From contig CAZARM010000003.1 in NCBI GenBank assembly GCA_964487615.1, positions 2,339 to 66,338 of the forward strand: a stretch of DNA of 64,000 nt. Direction: 5' to 3'. This document shows, piece by piece, positions 32,966 through 42,758 of this stretch (its first letter is position 1; each line of letters starts with the position of its first letter). This stretch comes from an uncultured Candidatus Saccharibacteria bacterium. Lineage in GTDB: Bacteria > Patescibacteriota > Saccharimonadia > Saccharimonadales > CAZARM01. The position numbers were made by a program, and so were the translations under genes. A model generated the notes under the pieces. The model ran no database searches, had not been told where the DNA came from, and saw only the letters and a program-made list of their open reading frames with translations.

Positions 32966-34627
32966 TTGAGTCTAACCATGAGAGAGATTACCCAAGCGAT
33001 TGAGGACGTTGTACAACAGTTGTTCAAGGCCGACGAGGCAATAGAGTTAACGCGGCCTGATGAACAATTTGGCGATTACTCTACCAACGTTGCGCTGCAA
33101 CTCGGCAAAAAACTTGGCAAAAACCCACGGGAGGTCGCCGAATCCATCGCCGCCCATGTGAGAGGACGGACCTCTCACATAGAAGGGATTAGTGTGGCTG
33201 GTCCAGGGTTCTTGAACTTGAAACTGACCGACAAGGCCTTAATTAAGCTAGCCAATAGTGAGTCTAGTAAGCCACTTGCCGGACAGGTGGTTGTGGTTGA
33301 GCTCAGTTCGCCAAACCCGTTCAAAGAATTTCACATCGGGCATATGTATAACAATACTGTCGGCGAAGCCTTGGCCCGCTTGCACGAGCAAGCTGGGGCT
33401 ACCGTACACCGTGTCTCTTACCATGGTGATGTGGGAATGCACATCGCAATGTCTATTTGGGCCATCAAGCGGCGCATTAGTGACGACACCAGCAAGCTTA
33501 CTGATGTGGAGGCTGAAGCGCGACCACTTTTCTTGGGTGAAGCCTATGCCGAAGGTGCAACGGCCTTCAAAGAAGACGAAGAAGCGCAGCAAGCCATCAA
33601 GCAGCTAAACAAGCAGCTTTACGATCGTTCCGATGAAGTAGCAAATACAATCTATGACGAGTGCCGCACCTGGAGCCTCAACTACTTCAACAACATCTAT
33701 AAATTGACCGGTGCCCAAGTCGACAAAGCCTACTTCGAAAGCCAGTCCGGGCCTAAAGGTCTAGAAGTCGTTAAGACACACTTAACGGACCGTATTTTTG
33801 AGGAAAGTGACGGCGCGATTATTTACCGCGGCGAAAAAGTCGGTTTGCACACCCGGGTATTCGTTAACGCCCAAGGACTGCCGACATATGAAGCTAAAGA
33901 CATTGGGTTGACTATGCTCAAGTGGCAAGACTTCAAGTTCGACCGCTCAGTTATTATTACAGCTAACGAAATTGATCAATACTTCAAGGTGGTACTAGCT
34001 GCCATGCATGAGGTTGATGCCAAAATGGCCGAGCGCACCGTCCACTTGTCTCACGGACTACTGAAACTAACTACTGGCAAGATGTCCAGCCGGACTGGCC
34101 AAGTCTTGCGAGCGCTGGATGTTATAGACATGGTTAGAAAGGCTGCGAAATCCGCCGCTAAGGATAGCACTGAGGCCATAGAGGAAAGTACTTTAGGGGC
34201 TATCAAGTACGCGTTTTTGAAGCAACGTATTAGCGGTGACACCGTTTTTGACATAGAAGAATCAGTTGCGACTGAGGGCAATTCTGGGCCATACTTGCAG
34301 TATGCACATGCCAGAGCACGCAGCATCCTGGCTAAGGCGCGCGTCGAAGACCAGTCAGTCGATACCTTTGAACCAGGGGAGCGCAGTTTGTTGCGCAAAC
34401 TGGGGGAGTATGCCGAAACCGTCGATAAAGCTGTCAATGAGCTGATGCCGCACCACATCGCTACCTATCTCTATGAACTAGCCCAAAACTTCAACAGTTT
34501 CTATGAGCATAACCGTGTCATTGGTGATCCGCGCCAAGCGGTTCGCCTGCAACTAGTCCAAGCCTACGCCGACACCCTCAAAAACGGCCTGACACTCCTA
34601 AATATTCCCGCGCCTGACCACATGTAA
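32966..34627 (+). CDS. argS: arginine--tRNA ligase
   Basis: SPNPFKEFHIGHMYN (HIGH-type), an anticodon-binding DALR-like C-terminus, and a terminal Met. The start is either TTG 32966 or ATG 32978. Confidence 0.93.
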   Translation: MSLTMREITQAIEDVVQQLFKADEAIELTRPDEQFGDYSTNVALQLGKKLGKNPREVAESIAAHVRGRTSHIEGISVAGPGFLNLKLTDKALIKLANSESSKPLAGQVVVVELSSPNPFKEFHIGHMYNNTVGEALARLHEQAGATVHRVSYHGDVGMHIAMSIWAIKRRISDDTSKLTDVEAEARPLFLGEAYAEGATAFKEDEEAQQAIKQLNKQLYDRSDEVANTIYDECRTWSLNYFNNIYKLTGAQVDKAYFESQSGPKGLEVVKTHLTDRIFEESDGAIIYRGEKVGLHTRVFVNAQGLPTYEAKDIGLTMLKWQDFKFDRSVIITANEIDQYFKVVLAAMHEVDAKMAERTVHLSHGLLKLTTGKMSSRTGQVLRALDVIDMVRKAAKSAAKDSTEAIEESTLGAIKYAFLKQRISGDTVFDIEESVATEGNSGPYLQYAHARARSILAKARVEDQSVDTFEPGERSLLRKLGEYAETVDKAVNELMPHHIATYLYELAQNFNSFYEHNRVIGDPRQAVRLQLVQAYADTLKNGLTLLNIPAPDHM

Positions 34628-35197
34628 CTACCTAAGCTGCAGCACAGGAGAAGATGGCGAAAATTTCTTTTCCGAGCCATCAGCCACGAAAATAATTTTC
34701 TGATCACTATCACGGTATAAAATAACATCTTCTTTTAAGTGACGGGTTTCTACCCACTCTTGGTGCTTCGCCTGGAGACGTTTAATTTTCTCTTGACTCG
34801 GTTGTAATAATTCAGGCGTCTGAATCCCGACAGCATCAAATAGCTTTCGGCCAAGTTTGCGAAATATGCGATCCGCGCGCATACGGTATTCTTCCTGTCT
34901 CCTTACTTCTATCTCTTGGGGTGTGTGGGGTTCGCTATAAAGAGGATGCAGACCCTTTGCTTCAAAACGAGCGTTAGCTTCATCTATCTCTTCCCTTGTT
35001 ACCCGAGGGATAACATCTACAATACTTATGCCATTAAAGAATGGCCTTCTTGCCCGGAAGAACTCGCCCGAGTCATAAGCTGTATCTAGGATATATTTGA
35101 ATTCGTCGGTAGAAACTACTTGTGTTTCGGCACCCGCTTCTGGACTCCATTCGGGACCCAGTGACTCAACAAGTGCGTCTAGTTGGCCGTTTGACAT
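34628..35197 (-). CDS. hypothetical protein
   Basis: 189-aa ORF with AGGAG upstream. No motif recognised. Confidence 0.5.
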   Translation of the reverse strand: MSNGQLDALVESLGPEWSPEAGAETQVVSTDEFKYILDTAYDSGEFFRARRPFFNGISIVDVIPRVTREEIDEANARFEAKGLHPLYSEPHTPQEIEVRRQEEYRMRADRIFRKLGRKLFDAVGIQTPELLQPSQEKIKRLQAKHQEWVETRHLKEDVILYRDSDQKIIFVADGSEKKFSPSSPVLQLR

Positions 35198-35292
35198 GAC
35201 AACTCCTTACTAGTTCAAGCATAAAACTTTCCATGTAAATAACAAGTCAGGAAGCATCAAAAAGAATTCGGAAAGGCGTACAATAAGTCGGC

Positions 35293-36513
35293 ATGCTAGA
35301 GACGGCGCACAAACTTATAAAAAAAGTGGGGAAGCACCTGGGGTTGAGCGCCGAGGACGTTGCTTATTTGCTCAAAACTGATGCTGAACACGAGTTTGAC
35401 ATCGAATTGAGTAATGGCAATACACACAAAGCTTATCGGGTGCAGCATAACAATACTTTAGGACCATACAAAGGTGGTATTCGATTCCATGCAGATGTCA
35501 ATAAGGATGAGGTGCGAGCCCTAGCAACGCTTATGTCGCTCAAGACCGCGGCTGTCGGCCTACCACTGGGCGGCGGCAAGGGTGGGGTGGGCGTAAACCC
35601 TAAAAGCCTATCGGACGGCGAACTAGAAGAGTTGGCACGCAAGTATGTGATGCACCTAGCTCCACACATTGGCCCGGACAAAGACGTGCCAGCGCCAGAT
35701 GTTAATACTAACCCAGCTATCATTGACTGGATGGTGGACGAATATGAAAAGCAGACGGGTGACAAGACTCGAGCTAGTTTCACCGGTAAAAGTATTAAAA
35801 ATGGCGGTAGCCTGGGTCGGGATGCAGCTACTGGTCGGGGTGGAGTCATTGTTCTGCGTGAGATCTTAAAACTGATGGGCTTAAACCGCAAGGACCTGAC
35901 GTACGGCGTACAGGGGTTTGGCAACGTTGGGTCGTTTTTTGCCGAAGTAGCGGAAGTCGAACACCCTTGGTGGCTGCTAACCGCTGCAACCGACTCTAGC
36001 GGTGGCATTACTGACGCCTTTGGGCTTGATGCCAAAGAACTAGATGCCTATAAAAAAACCGGCAACAAGCTATTTGACTATAAATCAGACAGCGCCGCGA
36101 TGATTACTAATGAGCAATTTGTTCACGAAGAGGTTGATGTGCTGGTACTAGCGGCTTTAGGCGACGTGGTTACAGACCAAAACATGAAAAGCGTCAAAGC
36201 AAAGTTCGTTTTAGAACTGGCCAATGGCCCAGTTAGTGAGGCAGCTCATGACTATTTGATCAAAAAAGGCGTTGTGGTCATTCCGGATGTGCTTGCGAAT
36301 GCAGGGGGTGTTATAGTCAGTTACTTGGAATGGCTACAGAACAGGGCTGGCGAGCAGTGGAGCGAGGACAAAGTAAACACCGAACTCGAGCGATTGCTGG
36401 TCAAGGCCACGCACGACGTCTATGACTACATGACCAAGCACAAGTTATCGCTGAAAGAAGCCGCCTTTGCCATCGCCATCCGACGAATTTTAGATAAACG
36501 AGGAGATAATTAA
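35293..36513 (+). CDS. gdh: Glu/Leu/Phe/Val dehydrogenase family (glutamate dehydrogenase-like)
   Basis: GPYKGGIRFH and GGGKGG motifs, plus a Rossmann segment VQGFGNVG. Confidence 0.88.
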   Translation: MLETAHKLIKKVGKHLGLSAEDVAYLLKTDAEHEFDIELSNGNTHKAYRVQHNNTLGPYKGGIRFHADVNKDEVRALATLMSLKTAAVGLPLGGGKGGVGVNPKSLSDGELEELARKYVMHLAPHIGPDKDVPAPDVNTNPAIIDWMVDEYEKQTGDKTRASFTGKSIKNGGSLGRDAATGRGGVIVLREILKLMGLNRKDLTYGVQGFGNVGSFFAEVAEVEHPWWLLTAATDSSGGITDAFGLDAKELDAYKKTGNKLFDYKSDSAAMITNEQFVHEEVDVLVLAALGDVVTDQNMKSVKAKFVLELANGPVSEAAHDYLIKKGVVVIPDVLANAGGVIVSYLEWLQNRAGEQWSEDKVNTELERLLVKATHDVYDYMTKHKLSLKEAAFAIAIRRILDKRGDN

Positions 36514-36516
36514 GTT

Positions 36517-36918
36517 ATGGCCGAAAATTCAGAACCCAAACAAACCACCGTAAGGCGTGAAGTGGTTATTTCAGTGCCAGCCCTTAAAGTGCCGAAGTTC
36601 TTGCAAGGCTTTACTAATTTTGTGCGCGAACAGGGAGTCATCGGTCTAGCGGTCGGATTTGTGCTGGGCGCCCAAGTCAAAGTACTGGTTGATCAATTGG
36701 TTACTAGCTTCATATCCCCCCTGTTAGCTCTTGCCTTGCCAGGCAAAGAAAATAGCTTGGTAGAGAAGAGCTTTAGCCTGTCGTGGGCTGGCAAAACCGC
36801 TGTCTTTACCTGGGGCGCCTTTGCCTTTCAATTTATTTCGTTCCTGATCGTGGCGCTAGTAGTGTATGAGATTGTTCATTTGCTCAAGCTTGATCGACTA
36901 GACAAGAAGAAATCATAA
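36517..36918 (+). CDS. mscL: large-conductance mechanosensitive channel
   Basis: FVREQGVIGLAVGFVLGAQVKVLVDQLVTSFISPLL aligns with the MscL TM1 signature. A second TM helix and a basic tail follow. Confidence 0.8.
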   Translation: MAENSEPKQTTVRREVVISVPALKVPKFLQGFTNFVREQGVIGLAVGFVLGAQVKVLVDQLVTSFISPLLALALPGKENSLVEKSFSLSWAGKTAVFTWGAFAFQFISFLIVALVVYEIVHLLKLDRLDKKKS

Positions 36919-36982
36919 GCAATATTTGCTAGTGCCCGCAATAGAGCTATAATCCTAGATATAACAATTAGGAGGAAACTCT

Positions 36983-37240
36983 ATGGTAGTAGTTCGTATT
37001 TTACAGCGCCGAGATGCTGCGTCATTAGTGGTAGCCATTGCTGCAGGACTAGTGGTCGGACAGTTCGTCAGCAGTATAACCAACCATCTGTCGGATGTCC
37101 TGTCTGGCGTCGACTCAAATGCAAGTTTTAAAACTGCGTACTGGCAGCCGATCGTCACGTTTGTACTACAACTGGTTGTGCTGGAGATACTGGCTCGCTT
37201 GGCTGTGGCCGCTCGGGCTGAGTTAGTCAGAAAGCGCTAA
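36983..37240 (+). CDS. small hypothetical membrane protein
   Basis: 85 aa, two hydrophobic helices, GGAGGA SD. Confidence 0.55.
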   Translation: MVVVRILQRRDAASLVVAIAAGLVVGQFVSSITNHLSDVLSGVDSNASFKTAYWQPIVTFVLQLVVLEILARLAVAARAELVRKR

Positions 37241-37249
37241 ATTCACCCC

Positions 37250-37636
37250 ATGCAAAAGACTGATGACGATTGGAAGCAGAAACTGACTGCTGAGCAGTAC
37301 AAAGCGCTGAGAGAGAAGGGTACCGAAGCGCCGTTCTCTGGCAAATTACTTCACAATAAAGACAGCGGCATGTATGTCTGTGCGGCTTGTGGCACAAACT
37401 TGTTTAGTTCAGATACCAAATTTGATTCCGGTTCTGGCTGGCCTAGTTTTTATGATGTGGCAGAGAAGGGCAACGTCAGACTAGAAAAAGACTCCTCTTT
37501 GGGAATGGAGCGCACAGAAGTTGTTTGTGCTACCTGTGGCGGGCACCTAGGGCACTTATTCAATGACGCACCACAGACACCAACTGGCCAACGCTACTGC
37601 ATTAATTCAGTATGTCTAAAGTTCGAGGGAAAATAG
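37250..37636 (+). CDS. msrB: peptide-methionine (R)-S-oxide reductase
   Basis: CAACGTNLF ... GWPSF ... [12 protein letters not shown] ... RYCINS. Confidence 0.93.
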   Translation: MQKTDDDWKQKLTAEQYKALREKGTEAPFSGKLLHNKDSGMYVCAACGTNLFSSDTKFDSGSGWPSFYDVAEKGNVRLEKDSSLGMERTEVVCATCGGHLGHLFNDAPQTPTGQRYCINSVCLKFEGK

Positions 37637-37644
37637 CCAAAGCT

Positions 37645-37992
37645 CTATTTTTGGGTGTTGATTGCTACCACAAACGCCACGAATAATACAAACACTACCA
37701 GTTCTACAATACCCAACACATAACCAATCATGGCATGAGTCTTAGCGCCAGGTGTGGGCTGCTGCTTGTACAGGGACAAGCCCTTTCGGCCCAATATAAC
37801 AGCAGCCACACTAAACGGTAGACCGATAAAGGGCAACAAGCCAAAAATACCCATATAATACCCAATCAATGCCGGCATATTCTTGGTAGGGATGATAGCC
37901 TGAAAACTATCTGACTCAGAGTTGCCGGTTGGTTCTGGGTTAGGTGGTGCTGCCTGTTGATCAGATTTTAATGCGGGTGATTGTTCTGTCAT
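37645..37992 (-). CDS. DUF4190-like small membrane protein
   Basis: The likely start is MTEQSPALK (Met14 of the track ORF). It has a Pro-rich N-terminus and two helices (LIGYYMGIFGLLPFIGLPFSVAAVILG, YVLGIVELVVFVLFVAFVVAI). Confidence 0.55.
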   Translation of the reverse strand: MTEQSPALKSDQQAAPPNPEPTGNSESDSFQAIIPTKNMPALIGYYMGIFGLLPFIGLPFSVAAVILGRKGLSLYKQQPTPGAKTHAMIGYVLGIVELVVFVLFVAFVVAINTQK

Positions 37993-38037
37993 GAATTCAA
38001 GTTTAACCTTTTGTATTTTGCAGGGCAACAATCATAG

Positions 38038-38772
38038 CTAAAGACCAAAGAACTCTTCTAGAGTTTGGATGTTCTTGTTATGCAGTTCGGTTGCTAGTTC
38101 GGCGCCGACGTATCGAATGTGCCAGGGCTCTGAACGGTAACCTGTGATGGATTCTTTGCCAGGAACGTAACGGATGATAAAACCGTACAGGTAGGCATGT
38201 GTAACCAGCCATTTGCCCTCTTTGGTGTTCCCAAAACAGTCCTCGATGCCGCAGCCACCGCCACCAACGTCTATAGCTAGTCCTGTTTGGTGTTCAGAAT
38301 AACCGGGCTTGGCACTTTCGGTGTCAGCTTTAACTTGGCCGTTGGCAGCAACTTCTCGTTTATAAACAGTTACTTGGGCATTGTATGAGCGGTAGCCGCT
38401 CAACGGGCTGATTGTCAGTTTGTCGATTTTTGCACCGGCTAACAGCTGAGTTAGGGCACTGGCTGCTTCCTTGCGCAATTGCTGTCCATTACCAACGCTT
38501 GTTAGATCTGACGGAGCATAAGTCAGAGGGTTCAAGGGCCGTTGTTTGTTGACCACCACCCAAATGCTGGCTGGGTCGGTCAGCGAGCGCTTGGATTTAT
38601 CCAGCGAGGTATCGGTAACAGGCTGGGAACTGTCAATCGGCTGTCCGCGGCTGGTCAGGTTATTGGTTAGATTAGGGGTCTGGATGTGGTGATGTTTGAG
38701 GGCCAATATTGACAGTGCAAGAGCAAGGATTAGGAATAATGAGGAGACGATGGCTTTTTTTGGTTTCTTCAC
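38038..38772 (-). CDS. VanY/M15-family D-alanyl-D-alanine carboxypeptidase
   Basis: SEHQTGLAIDV and EPWHIRYVG motifs. I prefer GTG 38772 ((M)KKPKKAIVSSLFLILALAL signal anchor). The ATG at 38841 would overlap the divergent orn start. Confidence 0.8.
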   Translation of the reverse strand: MKKPKKAIVSSLFLILALALSILALKHHHIQTPNLTNNLTSRGQPIDSSQPVTDTSLDKSKRSLTDPASIWVVVNKQRPLNPLTYAPSDLTSVGNGQQLRKEAASALTQLLAGAKIDKLTISPLSGYRSYNAQVTVYKREVAANGQVKADTESAKPGYSEHQTGLAIDVGGGGCGIEDCFGNTKEGKWLVTHAYLYGFIIRYVPGKESITGYRSEPWHIRYVGAELATELHNKNIQTLEEFFGL

Positions 38773-38813
38773 TCGAATAAGTATACCTCTTCTTTGTGTG
38801 TATAATTGTGGCA

Positions 38814-39374
38814 ATGAATAAGACAGAGCCCATACCGACAAAATTAATGTGGATAGATCTAGAAATGACAGGGCTTGATCCAGACAAGGACTTCATATTG
38901 GAAGTCGCTGCCGAAGTTACTGGTTTCGATTTTAAAACCATTGAAACATATGACGCTTGCATGCGCCAGCCAAAAGACAAGGTAGTTAAGCTTCTACAAG
39001 CCAATGCCTGGTACCAGCAATTTCCAGAAAATCGTGACTCATTTATCAAAAATTTAGATAAGGGCAAAGACCCGAAAGCAGTCGAACAAGAACTGATTGA
39101 ATTAATAGAACGGCATTTTGGTACTGAGCCGGCCATATTAGCTGGTAATTCCATCCATAATGACCGCAAATTCATTGAAAAGTGGTGGCCGGAGCTTGAT
39201 CTAAAGCTTCACTACCGCATGCTAGATGTCACAAGCCTAAAGATCATCATGCAAGCTAAATACGGTGTAGCTTTTGAGAAAAAAGATGTTCACCGAGCCT
39301 TCGATGACATCCAAGCCAGCATAGCTGAACTAGATTTTTATTTAGAATGGTTTAAGCAGCAAAACAATGGCTAG
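38814..39374 (+). CDS. orn: oligoribonuclease
   Basis: LMWIDLEMTGLDP, GNSIHNDRKFI, HYRMLDVSTLK-like and HRAFDDIQASIAEL DEDDh motifs. Confidence 0.9.
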   Translation: MNKTEPIPTKLMWIDLEMTGLDPDKDFILEVAAEVTGFDFKTIETYDACMRQPKDKVVKLLQANAWYQQFPENRDSFIKNLDKGKDPKAVEQELIELIERHFGTEPAILAGNSIHNDRKFIEKWWPELDLKLHYRMLDVTSLKIIMQAKYGVAFEKKDVHRAFDDIQASIAELDFYLEWFKQQNNG

Positions 39375-39831
39375 CAAGCTGGTTTACAGAATTGAACAAC
39401 TAGCACCTAGTTTCAGATCGGGAGATGTTGACGACATAATCGGCTTGTATCAACAACTCAACCCCGGGAAAGAAACTTCGCGAGAAACGATAGTTGATCA
39501 TCTAGTGCAGCAGACCAGAAGTCAGCGCGATGCTGTAATTGTCGCACGCCTCAAAGCATCGACTATTGTAGGCATGGCTGGTGTCCATATCCTTACAAGA
39601 GGCCAGGATACGGAAGCTAGGCTGGAAGACGTTGTTGTCGACGAACCGCACCGAGGCTTTGGCATTGCTACTGGAGTAGTAAAGGCTAGTATTGATTGGG
39701 CCAGGCAACTGGGCGCAGATCACATGGAGCTAACGAGTGCACCCGAACAGGTGGAAGCAAACCATTTATATGAACGGATGGGATTCGTGCTTAGGGAGAC
39801 CAATGTTAGGAGATTTGATATTCAACCATGA
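39367..39831 (+). CDS. GNAT-family N-acetyltransferase
   Basis: VVVDEPHRGFGIATGVV acetyl-CoA-binding motif. Confidence 0.75.
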   Translation: MASKLVYRIEQLAPSFRSGDVDDIIGLYQQLNPGKETSRETIVDHLVQQTRSQRDAVIVARLKASTIVGMAGVHILTRGQDTEARLEDVVVDEPHRGFGIATGVVKASIDWARQLGADHMELTSAPEQVEANHLYERMGFVLRETNVRRFDIQP

Positions 39832-39891
39832 TTCAGTCTCAAGGATAGGTTTAGCTAGCATCTAAATCCCAGATTCTATATTCTACTTCAT

Positions 39892-40239
39892 ATGGACCAC
39901 AAAAGGGTTGAAGACTACGTTCTGAGTATGCCAAACGCCAAGCTGGAGTATCCATTTGGCGAGGGTGTAGCGGTGTATAAGGTCAAAGATAAAATGTTTG
40001 CACTAATTTCTGAGGGCAAAATGCCGGTTAACATAAGTCTGAAGTGCGACCCGGAATTGTCCAAGCTTCTCAGAGCCAAGTATGACGAAGTGATGGAGGG
40101 CTACCACCTAAACAAAAAGCACTGGAACACCATTGTGCTCAGCGGACAGCTTAACTGGCAGGAAATACAGGATCTGATTCGCCACAGCTACAATTTAGTA
40201 GCTGGCAATGCCCAAGTCACACCGACAATTCACGAGTAG
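39892..40239 (+). CDS. MmcQ/YjbR-family protein
   Basis: YPFGEGVAVYKVKDKMFALI ... HLNKKHWNTIVL pattern. Confidence 0.65.
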   Translation: MDHKRVEDYVLSMPNAKLEYPFGEGVAVYKVKDKMFALISEGKMPVNISLKCDPELSKLLRAKYDEVMEGYHLNKKHWNTIVLSGQLNWQEIQDLIRHSYNLVAGNAQVTPTIHE

Positions 40240-40830
40240 TTATTTCAGCTCAACCGGTAGCAAACGGGTTTGATTGTAGATACTTTCTAGCGCCAAACGT
40301 TCTTTCTTGGAGCCGGTACTGGTATACACGGCTTGAACATCACGCTGGTAATCCAGGATGCTCTTCTTCATGGTCTCAATGAATACTTCGTCGAACTTGT
40401 TGGTCTGGCGGGCGGTAGTCAAGGCGTCATCCGTCTTGGTATCTTTGGCGGCGCTCAACTCCTTGGGAGAGACCTTGCGCCCTTCGCTGGCTAACAGGGT
40501 GACGAGCTGTTTATTGGCGGATGTCATGCTGAGTTTAATGGCACTGGCATAGTTGCGAGTGTTCAAGGAAGTGGCTTGCTCCTCCCCAGTCTTAGTCAGG
40601 CGGATAATTTCTACTTGCTTAGCAGTTATAGGTACCAGTTGCTCGGTACTTGAGGGTGGTCCACTGAACAGGAAGCTGAATATCACGACAATAACAACCA
40701 ACAATAGACCGGCTCCAGCTACAAAGACTAAAACGCGGGATTTTTTAGTCCCACCAAACAGTGTTTTTTTAGGTGCTTTACCGCTCAGGATGAAATTGTA
40801 ATCAGGATTTGGTTTTTGTTCAGGAGGCAT
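40240..40830 (-). CDS. hypothetical N-terminally anchored protein
   Basis: 196 aa with one helix VLVFVAGAGLLLVVIVVIFSFLF. Confidence 0.55.
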   Translation of the reverse strand: MPPEQKPNPDYNFILSGKAPKKTLFGGTKKSRVLVFVAGAGLLLVVIVVIFSFLFSGPPSSTEQLVPITAKQVEIIRLTKTGEEQATSLNTRNYASAIKLSMTSANKQLVTLLASEGRKVSPKELSAAKDTKTDDALTTARQTNKFDEVFIETMKKSILDYQRDVQAVYTSTGSKKERLALESIYNQTRLLPVELK

Positions 40831-40841
40831 AGCATAAGGAT

Positions 40842-40918
40842 AACGTATAAAGTAGAACGTATAAAGTATTAAGGTTTAAGGGGTAGCACTTTTTACTTTA
40901 GACTTTTCACTTTAGACT
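40842..40918. repeat. two pairs of short tandem direct repeats upstream of dnaG
   Basis: AACGTATAAAGTA at 40842-40854 and 40856-40868. ACTTTAGACT at 40895-40904 and 40909-40918. Both pairs have a 14-nt period. Confidence 0.7.
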
Positions 40919-40924
40919 GAAGCT

Positions 40925-42670
40925 ATGGACGCAGTGGAGGACATCAAGAGTCGACTGAATATTGAGGACGTGATTAGCGAGTACGTGGCTCTTAAGCGTG
41001 CCGGCCGCAACTTCAAGGGCCTTAGTCCGTTTTCTGCGGAGAAGACGCCCAGCTTCATGGTTAGCCCAGAGAAGGGTATTTGGCACGACTTTTCATCCGG
41101 CAAAGGTGGCAATATGTTCAGCTTTGTCATGGAGATGGAAGGCCTGGACTTCAAAGGCGCATTAGAACTACTGGCTCGCAAAGCGGGCGTGGACCTCAGT
41201 CAATACCAAACCGGCCGTTCGGCCGAAACCGGCAAACTCAAAGAGCGACTGTACGACGCACTGGAGCGCGCCGCTAAGTTTTACCAGGTGCAATTTTCTA
41301 AAAACCAAGTGGCTTTGGAGTACATCTTCAAACAGCGTCAGTTTAGCAAAGACATAGCTTTGAGCTTCAAAATCGGCTATTCGCCAAATAACGGCACAGC
41401 GCTGTTCGACTATCTGACCCGCCAAGGCTTCAGCGAGGATGAATTGCAGAAAGCCGGACTGATTACCAAACGCTACCGCGGCGTAGGTGATATGTTTCGC
41501 GGGCGGATCATGATTCCGTTGCAGGATGCCCAAGGCCGGGTGATTGGCTTTACGGCCCGACTGCTGGACGACGACCCCAACGCCCCAAAGTACATCAACA
41601 CTCCACACACGCCGCTGTATGACAAAGGTAGGCACATTTACGGACTGCACTTAGCCAAAGAAGCGATCCGCAAAAACAATTACGCTGTACTGGTAGAGGG
41701 TAACCTAGATGTTATTGCGGCGCACCAAGCCGGCACTACCCAAACTGTGGCCACGGCCGGTACGGCGCTGACGGAAATGCACTTGAAGGGCATTAGTCGG
41801 TTTACCGGCGATGTTAGACTGGCCTTTGACCAGGACAAAGCAGGGCAGGCAGCCGCGGAACGGGCAATCCCGATTGCCAGCAAGGTAGGTGTGTCACTCA
41901 GCATGGTCAACATACCCACTGGCAAAGATCCGGACGAACTGATTAAAAAAGACCTCGCGGCGTGGGAGCAGGCAATTGCCAAGCCGCAATATGCCCTGGA
42001 TTGGTTGATTGAGCGTTATAAACAAGAGCTGGACATCGACAGCGCAGTGGGCAAACGGCAGTTTAGCGATGTGTTACTTGCGGTCATTCGCCAACTGCCC
42101 GACAGCGTGGAACAGGATCACTACATACAGATAATTGCCAAAGATATAGGGGTGAGTGCCGACGCAATGCGTACCAAACTGTCCCATGGCAAGCCGGGTA
42201 ACAAGGTATTAAAGCGCCGTAAGTCTGATGAAAATCAAGTTGCAACTGAGGACCAAGAATTGATTAAGTTCCAGGACCACCTAATGGCATTACTGCTGAT
42301 GCAGCCGGCACTGCGGTTTTATCTGAAGTCTTTGACGCCAGAAATGTTGGTGACCGAGCCAGCCAAGGAACTACTGGCCTTCCTGGAGGATCACGAGGAC
42401 TTTAACGGAGATCTAAAGACCAGTGCGGACTTGCGAAACATCGCTGATTACGTTAAAATACTTAACTTACAATTTGAACAACTCTATCAGGGGCTCGAGT
42501 TATTGGAACTTCGTAATGAAGCCGCTCGATTGCAAGTCCGCGTGATAGAACACTACGTAAAACAACAGAAGCGTGAATTAACCGCCCAGCTGCATGACGC
42601 GGGCGAAGCCGAAGCTGCAACGCTACTGCAAAAAGCCAAAGAACTCGACGAATTACTAAAAACTCACTGA
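40925..42670 (+). CDS. dnaG: DNA primase
   Basis: AEKTPSFMVSPEKGIWHDFSSGKGGNMFSFV (Zn-ribbon-like region), the TOPRIM region VLVEGNLDVIA...FDQDKAGQAA, and a C-terminal helical domain. Confidence 0.9.
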   Translation: MDAVEDIKSRLNIEDVISEYVALKRAGRNFKGLSPFSAEKTPSFMVSPEKGIWHDFSSGKGGNMFSFVMEMEGLDFKGALELLARKAGVDLSQYQTGRSAETGKLKERLYDALERAAKFYQVQFSKNQVALEYIFKQRQFSKDIALSFKIGYSPNNGTALFDYLTRQGFSEDELQKAGLITKRYRGVGDMFRGRIMIPLQDAQGRVIGFTARLLDDDPNAPKYINTPHTPLYDKGRHIYGLHLAKEAIRKNNYAVLVEGNLDVIAAHQAGTTQTVATAGTALTEMHLKGISRFTGDVRLAFDQDKAGQAAAERAIPIASKVGVSLSMVNIPTGKDPDELIKKDLAAWEQAIAKPQYALDWLIERYKQELDIDSAVGKRQFSDVLLAVIRQLPDSVEQDHYIQIIAKDIGVSADAMRTKLSHGKPGNKVLKRRKSDENQVATEDQELIKFQDHLMALLLMQPALRFYLKSLTPEMLVTEPAKELLAFLEDHEDFNGDLKTSADLRNIADYVKILNLQFEQLYQGLELLELRNEAARLQVRVIEHYVKQQKRELTAQLHDAGEAEAATLLQKAKELDELLKTH

Positions 42671-42758
42671 GTCCATAGACCAGAGGTCAGAAAAGCTGCA
42701 GAAGCTCCACCTAAAGTCTAGAACCCGGACTCAATGCTTTAACCTCTAAGGAGATTAC

